Assembly (NCBI GenBank): GCA_963813295.1
Contig: CAWEYN010000004.1
Coordinates: forward strand, 3,058-67,057
Length of the DNA stretch: 64,000 bases
DNA from: an uncultured Nitrospira sp.
GTDB lineage: Bacteria > Nitrospirota > Thermodesulfovibrionia > Thermodesulfovibrionales > UBA6898
Reading direction: 5' to 3'
A program made the translations under genes and the position numbers. The notes below the pieces were generated by a model. That model did not search any database. It was given only the letters and a program-made list of their open reading frames with translations, and was not told the origin of the DNA. This document shows, piece by piece, positions 30,509 through 38,964 of this stretch. The first letter of the stretch is position 1. Each line of letters opens with the position of its first letter.

Positions 30509-31977
30509 ATGACTTATAAATCGTTATGCAGAACTCTATTGATGGTGACAGTGGCAGCGGTGGCGCTGCTTACGCTTGCTCCGGCGGCATGGTCAAGGTT
30601 TCCCGGCATCAGATTCATCCCTGTTTCCGGAGGCTTTAGGGCCCCTGTTCATCTGGCTAACGCAGGAGACGGAAGCGGTCGCCTTTTTGTCGTGGAGCAG
30701 GGAGGCACTGTCAGGGTCATAAACGGAAGCTCGGTGCTGTCCTTCCCCTTTCTTGACATTTCAGCGAAGGTCCTCTCCGGCGGGGAGCGGGGGCTTCTGA
30801 ACATCACTTTTCCACCTGAGTTCGGCACTAAACAATATTTCTACGTAAACTACACGAGGGCCCCTGATGGGGCCACGGTGATTGCACGCTACCGCGTAAC
30901 AGCAGATCAGAATATCGCAGATCCGGCATCGGAGGAGGTCCTCTTGGTGGTCATCCAGCCCTTTGCCAACCACAACGGAGGCATGATGGCCTTCAGCCCT
31001 GTTGATGGTTATCTTTATATAGGCATGGGCGACGGTGGATCAGGGGGAGACCCGAACAATTTTGCCCAGAATGTCAACCCGCTTCCCGGAAATCAGCACC
31101 TGCTCGGCAAGCTCCTCCGCATTGACGTGGAATCAGGCGTTGTTCCTTATGCAATCCCGCCAACTAATCCTCTTTTTAACGGCGTGCGGAGCGAGATTTG
31201 GGCCAAAGGGCTCAGGAATCCCTGGAAGTTTTCTTTCGACAGGCGGACTGGAGCTCTGTACATCGCGGATGTCGGACAGAACAGACAAGAGGAGATCAAT
31301 TTCCGGCCTGCCACAAGCACGGGAGAGGAGAATTACGGATGGAGAATCCTTGAAGGTTCACTCTGTTTCAATCCAACTGTTGGATGCGTCCCGCCCCCCA
31401 GTATGTTCCTCCTGTTACCGAGTATTCCCACGACAGCGGATGCGCCGTAACAGGTGGGTATGTTTACACGGGAACTGAATTCCGGGTCTTAACCCGTACC
31501 TATTTCTTCGGAGATTATTGCTCGGGAATCGTCTGGGGGCTGCAAAGAGCCGGCACCGGCTTTGAGCGGCAGCAACTTGCCGATACTTCCTTTGCGATCT
31601 CGACCTTCGGTGAGGGCGAAGACGGAAGCGTCTTCGTGGCTGATCTTGTCCTGGGAAACGTCTTCAAGATCGCCCCGGCAGTGACCGTGATTTTTCCCAA
31701 TGGCGGGGAGGTGATTCCTGCCGGCTCTCAACAGACAATAAGCTGGATTGCAGCTCCGGACATCGGGTCCTTTAATGTCCAATTGTCGCTTGATAACGGG
31801 CTAACATGGATTCCAGTCGGCCGAAGGGTAACTGGAAAGAAGATTCTTTGGAATGTACCGCCCCAAGCCGTAACGAACTCCAGATGCCGGGTCCGCATTA
31901 TCGGCTTCGACGCTGCCGGCGTCAGGGTCGGCGACGACAGATCGGACAACACCTTCACGATCACAGCAGGACCATAG
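30509..31977 (+). CDS. PQQ-dependent (soluble glucose/sorbosone dehydrogenase-like) beta-propeller oxidoreductase with an extra C-terminal beta-sandwich domain; frameshift near 31390
   Basis: Signal peptide MTYKSLCRTLLMVTVAAVALLTLAPAAWS. Motifs FVVEQGGTVRVI, NHNGGMMAF, YIGMGDGGSGGDP, IWAKGLRNPWKFSFD, YIADVGQN. ORF 30482..31450 joins ORF 31384..31977 at FNPTVGC|PAPQYVPPVTEYSHDSGCAVTGGYVY, within a C-run. Confidence 0.8.
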
Positions 31978-32378
31978 CATCGTACCTTGCGCTGGAGAAC
32001 GGACATCAGGAGACTGCAGATATACTCAGGAAGCAATTGAAAAGCGTTAAAATCCGCTGCTGTGATACATGCGGCAGCAATGCCTGCCATGTGAAAAGGA
32101 AGATTCCTCGGTGAGTCTCAGCAGTTTCCGCGTTCAATAGAAACAACGGCTCTATTGCCTTTTGGCCGCCATATATGCTCCCGGTCGAAGACCTTGCCAC
32201 TTTGCATCTTGATTATATTGCTGAGCACCGCGGATACTGGGCAAGGAGATGAAGCAATACAGCATCCGGTTCCTTGTGGATTCCCCTGTCAAACCGTTGA
32301 ATGACGGCTTTAAGGTATTTTATCGCCGGAGTAATAATTAAGATAAGACAAGCATGTGCAAATCCTGCCCCTCCTGCG

Positions 32379-33265
32379 TCAGGGTTTCTTATCAGGAGTG
32401 AACTCGATTGAGACTTCCGGGTCCGTCGTGATCTTGAGGCCCTTGATTCCCTTCAAGGACTCCATCATCTTTCGGTCGTCTCCCTTGGCTGTCTCCATTT
32501 TCCCGCTCAAGGCCTTGAGACCCTTCTCGTTAGACAGGAGCGGATCAAAGTCAATGTCCATCAGCGTGACCTTTGATCCATCGACATAGGGACTGTTTGT
32601 CTTGACGACTTGGCCCTCGACATTGACGGCTATGCCTATATGCAGGCCTTTGAACATCTGCATGATCATCATTGACATACTCCTGGTCCGGTTCCCCCGG
32701 CGAAGCTGCAGGAGGCGGTGTGGCTGTTTGTTCCTTCGGAGCCTCCGGGCTTGGACTCGGGCAGAACTACAGTGAGGACCGAGTTGCCGTTTTGCATGCG
32801 GTTGAACCGGAACTTCAGGGCGTCTTTAGAGGAAGCACCTGCGCCCTCTGTTCCCATCGCAGCACCGGGTTTTGGATTGACGGCCAGCAGGTTGATGTCC
32901 TTAAAGGCATAGGTTACGCGGATTCCGGCTGCTGTCTTCGTGTCGATCTTCTCCGCGGACACGAACGTTACGCCTGTGCCCAGGTCCATGGCCTTGCCCT
33001 TTAGGTCGTCTTCTTTGAGTTGGCCCACCTCCGGTTCTGCTGCAGGCTTATTTTTTGTCTCCTCTTTCGGCTCAGTCGTTTTTGCGCCCATCTGCTTTGC
33101 TACGCCTTCCATCGATTCCTTTATCTGCTCCGGGTTCATGGTTATCGTCTGGACCATCGTCCCGCTGCCGTCACCCCTGACGTTGATCTGGGTCAGAAAG
33201 GTGATGCAGCCTGTCAGTGATGCCGCCGCAACCACGCTCAGCAAAACAGGTACGATCCTCTTCAT
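32379..33265 (-). CDS. Hypothetical lipoprotein; at least one frameshift near 32675-32745
   Basis: MKRIVPVLLSVVAAASLTGC lipobox at ATG 33265. ORF 32669..33448 and ORF 32379..32678 are collinear. A third open frame (PEAPKEQTATPPPAASPGEPDQE) bridges them. Confidence 0.55.
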
Positions 33266-33597
33266 AAATGGATAGCGAGCGTATTCCCTGCAGCTTGCTG
33301 CAGGGTCAAGTGAGCGAATATAAAAATAAAAATTCATTGCATTGAGATTCCCAGTAGCTTGCTGCGGGGAGTTTTCAATCTCTGATAGGCAACAGGAAAT
33401 TGTTCTTTTAGCATGTAGAAGAATAGCACGGACAATGGAATTTCTCAATCCTTGAGATGGGACAAATGTAATGGCCGTAAGGCAAAATGGAGTGCCTGAA
33501 GAAATACCAGGAAAGATCTTTCCTGTGCGGCCCTGAAAAAGGGATATGTCCCTGTTTACCTTTATTCACGGTTAACTCAGCAAAAATCTTGTGAATA

Positions 33598-35052
33598 TTA
33601 CAGAGCGGGTTTCCTCTTGTGCCATTCGGTTGACTGCTCAAAGGCATATGACGCCTTCAGCAATGATTCCTCATCAAAGTGTTTTCCTATCAGTTGCAGA
33701 CCGATCGGCAGGCTGCCCGAGGTGAAACCGCAGGGGATTGATATGGCCGGAACACCGGCGAGGTTTACAGAGATCGTGAATATATCAGCAAGGTACATCT
33801 GAAGCGGGTCGTCTGTCTTTTCCCCGGCTTTAAACGCAGGAGTTGGAGCAGTTGGCGTTACGATGAGATCAACAGACTTGAAGGCGTTTTCGAAATCATT
33901 CTTGATAAGGGTCCTGACCTGCTGGGCCTTTTTGTAGTATGCATCGTAATAACCCGAGGAAAGCGTATACGTACCGAGCATAATCCTCCTCTTTACCTCT
34001 GCTCCGAACCCCTGTGCCCTTGATTTCATATACATATCCAGAAGGTCTTTGCCTTCAGCCCTGAAACCGTACTTTACCCCGTCGTACCGGGCCAGATTTG
34101 AACTCGCCTCTGATGTGGCAAGGACATAATATGCGGCAACAGCATGGCCTGTATGGGGTAAGGAGATTTCTAGTGGTATAGCGCCGAGTGATTCAAAATG
34201 CCTTATGGCTTTACGAACGGACTGTTCTACTTCAGGGTCTATGCCTTCGATAAAGTATTCTTTGGGGATCCCTATTTTAAGCCCTTTTATGTCTTTGCCC
34301 AGCACAGAGGTGAAATCAGGCACGTCAACAGGCGCTGATGTTGAATCCAGCGGGTCCCTGCCGGCTATGATGTTCATTAAAATTGCGGCGTCAGTTATAT
34401 TTTTTGTTATCGGGCCTATCTGGTCTAAAGATGAGGCAAAGGCAACGAGCCCGTATCTTGAAACCCTTCCATATGTCGGCTTCAGGCCTACTACACCGCA
34501 GAATGACGCAGGTTGTCTAATCGAACCGCCTGTGTCGGAGCCGAGGGCTGCTATGCATTCGTCTGCTGCAACCGCTGCTGCAGAGCCGCCGCTTGACCCT
34601 CCCGGAATTCTGTCAATATCCCAGGGATTACGTGTTGTATGGAACCCTGAGTTTTCTGTTGACGAACCCATCGCAAACTCATCCATATTTGTTTTGCCTG
34701 AAAGCACGTAGCCGCTGTCCAGGAGCTTTGAGGTGACTGAACTCTCATAGGGCGGGATGAAATTCGACAATATCTTCGATGCGCAGGTTGTGAGTATCCC
34801 CTTTGTGCACATATTGTCTTTTATAGCAATAGGGATTCCGGAAAGTGTTTTCCTGCTCCCTGCTGATAATTCTTTGTCAGACTGCTCAGACATTTCAAGG
34901 GCCTTTTCGCGCGTCACTGTTACATATGCCCTGATCCTGCCTTCAACCGCGTCTATCCTCTTATATACTGAGTCATGAATGTCCCTGGCCGAAACCTCGC
35001 GCTTTTGCAGCTTTTTGTTTAATTCCGCAATCCCCAGACTGAAAAGTTCCAA
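33598..35052 (-). CDS. gatA: Asp/Glu-tRNA amidotransferase subunit A (start codon uncertain: TTG 35052 or TTG 35091)
   Basis: Amidase signature [36 protein letters not shown]. The N-terminus (L)[24 protein letters not shown] is typical of GatA. GGAGGA lies just upstream of TTG 35052. There is no ATG in the region. Confidence 0.9.
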   Translation of the reverse strand: MELFSLGIAELNKKLQKREVSARDIHDSVYKRIDAVEGRIRAYVTVTREKALEMSEQSDKELSAGSRKTLSGIPIAIKDNMCTKGILTTCASKILSNFIPPYESSVTSKLLDSGYVLSGKTNMDEFAMGSSTENSGFHTTRNPWDIDRIPGGSSGGSAAAVAADECIAALGSDTGGSIRQPASFCGVVGLKPTYGRVSRYGLVAFASSLDQIGPITKNITDAAILMNIIAGRDPLDSTSAPVDVPDFTSVLGKDIKGLKIGIPKEYFIEGIDPEVEQSVRKAIRHFESLGAIPLEISLPHTGHAVAAYYVLATSEASSNLARYDGVKYGFRAEGKDLLDMYMKSRAQGFGAEVKRRIMLGTYTLSSGYYDAYYKKAQQVRTLIKNDFENAFKSVDLIVTPTAPTPAFKAGEKTDDPLQMYLADIFTISVNLAGVPAISIPCGFTSGSLPIGLQLIGKHFDEESLLKASYAFEQSTEWHKRKPAL

Positions 35053-35291
35053 AAATCCTCCGGATAAATAATAAAGTCTTAAGCCCAGCAAGCTTCGCTT
35101 GAGTTTAGCACTAAGTTTAGCACTGGGGGTTTGGAGTTTGCAAGTTGGTGACGGTTGATAAAATAACAGAGGATAAGGTCCTGAAAACGTGATAAAGTGT
35201 TTTTTATTGGGGTCTTCCCGCAGCAGATATGTATATTAAATTCATACACTGGAGAAGCGCGGGTTTTTGAATATTGCCGCAGATTATGGTA

Positions 35292-35316
35292 CTTATAAGT
35301 TTATAAATTAAAAAAA
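35292..35316. promoter_or_regulatory. AT-rich double palindrome CTTATAAG-TTTATAAA-TTAAAAAAA, ~200 nt upstream of acsE; near-identical copy at 45849-45873
   Basis: cttataagtttataaattaaaaaaa versus cttataagtttataaaattaaaaaa (one 1-nt indel). CTTATAAG and TTTATAAA are each perfect 8-bp palindromes. Further TTTATAAAT / GCTTATAG variants occur at about 35390-35425. Confidence 0.6.
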
Positions 35317-35513
35317 TTTCCAAATGGCTGGAAATATATGTTATCTTTTTTAATCTTTATTTGAATTGATTATAGTCTCCATAAAAATAATTTAATTTAT
35401 AAATTCATTAGAATAGCTTATAGTCTTAAAGATTATGTTTCCGGGTGTGTTCAGGGACCAGATTTCGATGAAGTCTTAAATTACAAAAAATTTTAATAAG
35501 AAAGGAGTATTTG

Positions 35514-36371
35514 ATGCTTATTATTGGAGAGAAATTGAGCATTATAGCCAAGAGGGTGAGAGAGGCTATGATGAAAAAAGATAAAGGACCGATACAAGAG
35601 ATCGCCACCAGGCAGTGGAAGGAAGGTTCCGGTATAATTGACGCCAATATCGGTCCTGCTGAGGACGGTGGTGAGGACATGATGCAATGGATGGTCACCA
35701 CAATTCAGGAGGTTGTTCCCCTGCCGGTATGCCTTGATACAACAAATGCAAAGGCGATAGAGGCCGGACTTCAAGTCCATAACAATCAATGGGGGAGGCC
35801 GCTGATAAATTCAACGTCCAATGACCCTGAGAGGTTCTCTATCCTCGAACTCGGGGCCAAGTATAACTCCCAGGTCATCGGCCTGACTGTCGGCAAGGGC
35901 GGGCTTCCTGCCGATGCTGAGGAGAGATGTGCCATTGCTGCAGAGATCATGGGACGCGCCATGGAGTACGGCGTTCCCCTCGAAGACCTCTATCTTGACC
36001 CTCTTGTTCTGCAGATTGCAACCTCGCAGGACCATGCGCGTCATGTCATCAAAGCGATCAGCATGTTTCAGGAAATGAACGATCCTCCGATGAAGACCGT
36101 TGTCGGCCTGAGCAATATTTCCAACGGATGCCCTAAACACATAAGGCCGATATTGAATAAGTATTATTTTATAATGCTGATGAACGCAGGTTTGACTGCC
36201 GCAATAGCTGATGCTCATGAGATGGCGGAAGCACTGAATGAGAAGAAACTGATAGATGATGTTTTGGCCGGAAAAAAGATTGATGACGCTAAGAAGATGG
36301 CAGAGATAACAAAGACGCTTGATGTTATCAAGGGCAATACCTTGTATGCCCATTCATATTTGGAAATGTAA
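35514..36371 (+). CDS. acsE: Methyltetrahydrofolate:corrinoid/iron-sulfur protein methyltransferase
   Basis: Pterin-binding (DHPS-like) fold: IIDANIGPAEDGGEDMMQWMV, PVCLDTTNAKAIEAGL, PLINSTSNDPERF, VGLSNISNG. AGGAG lies 7 nt upstream of ATG 35514. It is the first gene of the acs cluster. Confidence 0.85.
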   Translation: MLIIGEKLSIIAKRVREAMMKKDKGPIQEIATRQWKEGSGIIDANIGPAEDGGEDMMQWMVTTIQEVVPLPVCLDTTNAKAIEAGLQVHNNQWGRPLINSTSNDPERFSILELGAKYNSQVIGLTVGKGGLPADAEERCAIAAEIMGRAMEYGVPLEDLYLDPLVLQIATSQDHARHVIKAISMFQEMNDPPMKTVVGLSNISNGCPKHIRPILNKYYFIMLMNAGLTAAIADAHEMAEALNEKKLIDDVLAGKKIDDAKKMAEITKTLDVIKGNTLYAHSYLEM

Positions 36372-36375
36372 ATAA

Positions 36376-36448
36376 TAGGGTTTGGGGATTAGGGTTTGGG
36401 GATTGGCATTTTTTTACTAACCCCTAACTCCTAATCCCTAACCCCTAA
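36376..36448 (+). repeat. Intercistronic inverted repeat: G-tract arm (G3TTTG4ATTAG3TTTG4), T7 loop, complementary C-tract arm
   Basis: tagggtttggggattagggtttggggattgg (36376-36406), catttttttac, then ctaacccctaactcctaatccctaacccctaa (36417-36448). It lies between the acsE stop (36371) and the acsD SD GGAGG (36455). Confidence 0.8.
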
Positions 36449-36467
36449 TTAAACGGAGGTTATTAAT

Positions 36468-37409
36468 ATGGCTTTTACACCAACCAAAGAGACTTACTCT
36501 GGTAAGGTATACGCGGTAACTGTCGGGACAGGTGACAGCGCAGTCACCTTTGGCGGTGAGAATGTGCCGCCATTTCATTCTTTCGAGGGAGCTACTCCCA
36601 ACAGACCGCTCATAGCTTTCGAGATACAGGATGTTCCGCCTTCAGACTGGCCTGAGAATGTACAAAAGGCATTCGAGGGTGTTTCTGATGATCCTGTTAA
36701 ATGGGCGAAATATTGCCAGGATGAGCTTAAGGCAAAGGCGATCGCATTACGGTTGATCGGCACGCATCCTGACAGGGAGAACCGTTCTCCTGAAGATGCT
36801 GTTAAAACAGTAAAGGACGTGCTGGCTGCTATCCATGTTCCGCTTATAATCCTCGGCAGCAACCACGCGGAGAAGGACGCCTCAATACTGGTCGCTGCAG
36901 CTGAGGCCGCAAAGGACCGAAACTGCATAATCGGAAAGGCCCAGGAGGCCAATTACAAGACTATTGCTGCTGCAGCAATGGCGAATAACCATAAATTAAT
37001 AGCCATGTCCGAACTCGACATAAACCTCTCGAAACAGCTCAATATCCTGATTACCCAGATGGGTTTTGACAAGGAAAGGGTGATAACTGACCCTATGTGT
37101 TCGGCCCTTGGATACGGCCTTGAATATACATATTCTGTTATGGAGAGGATACGGCTTGCAGCGCTTACCCAGAACGATGTCACGATGCAGCAGCCTCTTA
37201 TGGGTGATATTGGAATGTATGTATGGAAGGTGAAGGAAACGACAGCATCTGAAGCAGACCTGCCGCATTGGGGTGCATCTGAGGAGAGGGGCATCGCATG
37301 GGAGGCTGAAACAGCAGCCGCGCTTCTTGTCTCAGGAGCAGAGCTCCTGATCATGCGGCATCCAAAGGCTGTCAGCGCATTGGAAAAACTCATTGAGGAA
37401 CTAATATAA
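36468..37409 (+). CDS. acsD: Corrinoid/iron-sulfur protein small subunit (delta, CdhD/AcsD family)
   Basis: 313-aa ORF. MAFTPTKETYSGKVYAVTVGTGDSAVTFGGENVPPFHSFEG and the TIM-barrel-like remainder are typical of AcsD. It is positioned between acsE and acsC. Confidence 0.8.
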   Translation: MAFTPTKETYSGKVYAVTVGTGDSAVTFGGENVPPFHSFEGATPNRPLIAFEIQDVPPSDWPENVQKAFEGVSDDPVKWAKYCQDELKAKAIALRLIGTHPDRENRSPEDAVKTVKDVLAAIHVPLIILGSNHAEKDASILVAAAEAAKDRNCIIGKAQEANYKTIAAAAMANNHKLIAMSELDINLSKQLNILITQMGFDKERVITDPMCSALGYGLEYTYSVMERIRLAALTQNDVTMQQPLMGDIGMYVWKVKETTASEADLPHWGASEERGIAWEAETAAALLVSGAELLIMRHPKAVSALEKLIEELI

Positions 37410-37410
37410 A

Positions 37411-37481
37411 TAGGGCTTAGGGCTTAGGGCCTAGGGGTTAGTAAATGAAAACTAATCCCCAATCCCAAACCCCCAGCCCCT
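37411..37481 (+). repeat. Intercistronic inverted repeat of the same family: (GGGCTTA)2-GGGCCTAGGGG arm plus C-tract arm
   Basis: tagggcttagggcttagggcctaggggttag (37411-37441), taaatgaaaa, then ctaatccccaatcccaaacccccagcccct (37452-37481). It lies between the acsD stop (37409) and the acsC SD GAGGAG (37486). The reverse complement of the C arm (GGGGGTTTGGGATTGGGGATTAG) resembles the G arm of the 36376 element. Confidence 0.8.
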
Positions 37482-37498
37482 GAAAGAGGAGATAAAAA

Positions 37499-38842
37499 AT
37501 GGCTTTATCAGGCGTTGAAATATTCAAGCTTTTACCGAAAACAAACTGTAAGAAGTGCGGGCATCCCACCTGTCTTGCCTTTGCTATGAAACTTGCACAG
37601 AGACAGGCCTCTCTCGATTCCTGTCCCGATGTATCTGAGGAGGCGAAGAAAATACTCGGTGAGGCATCTGCTCCTCCTGTAAGACCGATAACCTTCGGCT
37701 CAGGGGACAAGGCGGTCAAGATGGGGGAGGAGACTGTCCTCTTCAGGCATGATAAGAAATTTGTAAACCCCTGTGCCTTTGCAATCGAGGTCAAAGACAC
37801 ACTTTCAGAGGATGAGATATCAAACCTCTGCCAACAGGTGCTGAACTCGGAGATGGACAGGGTAGGCCAGAAACTCAGGATTGACGCGATCATTATTACC
37901 AATGCATCAGGCGATGCCGCCAGGCTGGAGTCTGCGGCCAAGATCGTTGCAGCAAAGGCGCCGGAGGTCCCTGTAATAATCAATACTGAAAATCCCCAGG
38001 CTGCAGAGGCTGCGGTGAAGCTGTTCTCCGGCAAAAAGCCGATAATCTATGGCGCAAACGCATCCAATGCAGAGGCGATGGCAGGGATAGCAAAAAACAA
38101 CAAGGCAATACTCGGTGTTGTTGCAAACGGTCTTGACGAACTCTCTGACCTCACTGAAAAAGTGAAGGGTCTCGGTGTTGAGGACATGGTCATCGACTCA
38201 GGCGCGCGGAAGGCCAGGGACATCATAGAGAACAATACACTGATACGGAGGGCAGCGGTTAAAAAGAACTTCAAACCTCTCGGATATCCTGTAATCAATT
38301 TCATGCAGCGTCAAGACAGTCTTCATGAGACCCTCCTGGCAGGAATCGGCGTGACGAAATACGCATCTATTGTCGTTATGAGCAGCATAGAAAAATGGAA
38401 AAACCTTGTGCTCTTTACCCTGAGACAGAACATCTACACAGACCCTCAGGTCCCCATGCAGGTGGAGCAGAAGATCTACAACATCGGAGAGCCGACGCCG
38501 CAATCCCCTTTCCTTATTACAACCAATTTCTCCCTGACGTATTTTATTGTCTCCGGTGAAGTTGAAAACAGCAAGGTGCCATGCAGGCTTGCTGTCATGG
38601 ATTGCGAAGGTCTCTCGGTACTGACCGCATGGGCTGCCGGCAAGTTCACTGCCACGAAGATAGCCCAGTTCATAGCCGATAGCGGTATTGAAAAGGATAT
38701 AGCAAACAAGGAATTGATTTTGCCGGGATATGTCGCTATCCTGAGCGGTTCTATTGAGGACAAGTTGCCTGGTTGGAAGGTGACGGTCGGGCCGCGTGAG
38801 GCAAATGCATTACCTGCTTTCTTAAAGTCGAAGATGGCGTAG
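37499..38842 (+). CDS. acsC: Corrinoid/iron-sulfur protein large subunit (gamma, CdhE/AcsC family)
   Basis: 447 aa. N-terminal [4Fe-4S] motif KTNCKKCGHPTCLAFAMKLA, with further Cys in SLDSCPDV. A TIM-barrel and a C-terminal corrinoid-binding Rossmann-like domain follow. Confidence 0.85.
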   Translation: MALSGVEIFKLLPKTNCKKCGHPTCLAFAMKLAQRQASLDSCPDVSEEAKKILGEASAPPVRPITFGSGDKAVKMGEETVLFRHDKKFVNPCAFAIEVKDTLSEDEISNLCQQVLNSEMDRVGQKLRIDAIIITNASGDAARLESAAKIVAAKAPEVPVIINTENPQAAEAAVKLFSGKKPIIYGANASNAEAMAGIAKNNKAILGVVANGLDELSDLTEKVKGLGVEDMVIDSGARKARDIIENNTLIRRAAVKKNFKPLGYPVINFMQRQDSLHETLLAGIGVTKYASIVVMSSIEKWKNLVLFTLRQNIYTDPQVPMQVEQKIYNIGEPTPQSPFLITTNFSLTYFIVSGEVENSKVPCRLAVMDCEGLSVLTAWAAGKFTATKIAQFIADSGIEKDIANKELILPGYVAILSGSIEDKLPGWKVTVGPREANALPAFLKSKMA

Positions 38843-38964
38843 AAAAAATTGAGTTGATTTTATATAGTAAACAGTTTCAAAATATAAACATGTAACAGGT
38901 TTGGGTAAGACAATCAGGTAACAATCTAACCTTAAGATCTCACCCATACTACGAGGAGGTCAGT

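Noticed and set aside
31975-32114. An ankyrin-repeat-like peptide (IASYLALENGHQETADILRKQL) is encoded right after the dehydrogenase stop.
   Set aside because: It is a single ~20-residue resemblance with no start codon and no second repeat. That is too short to call a gene fragment.
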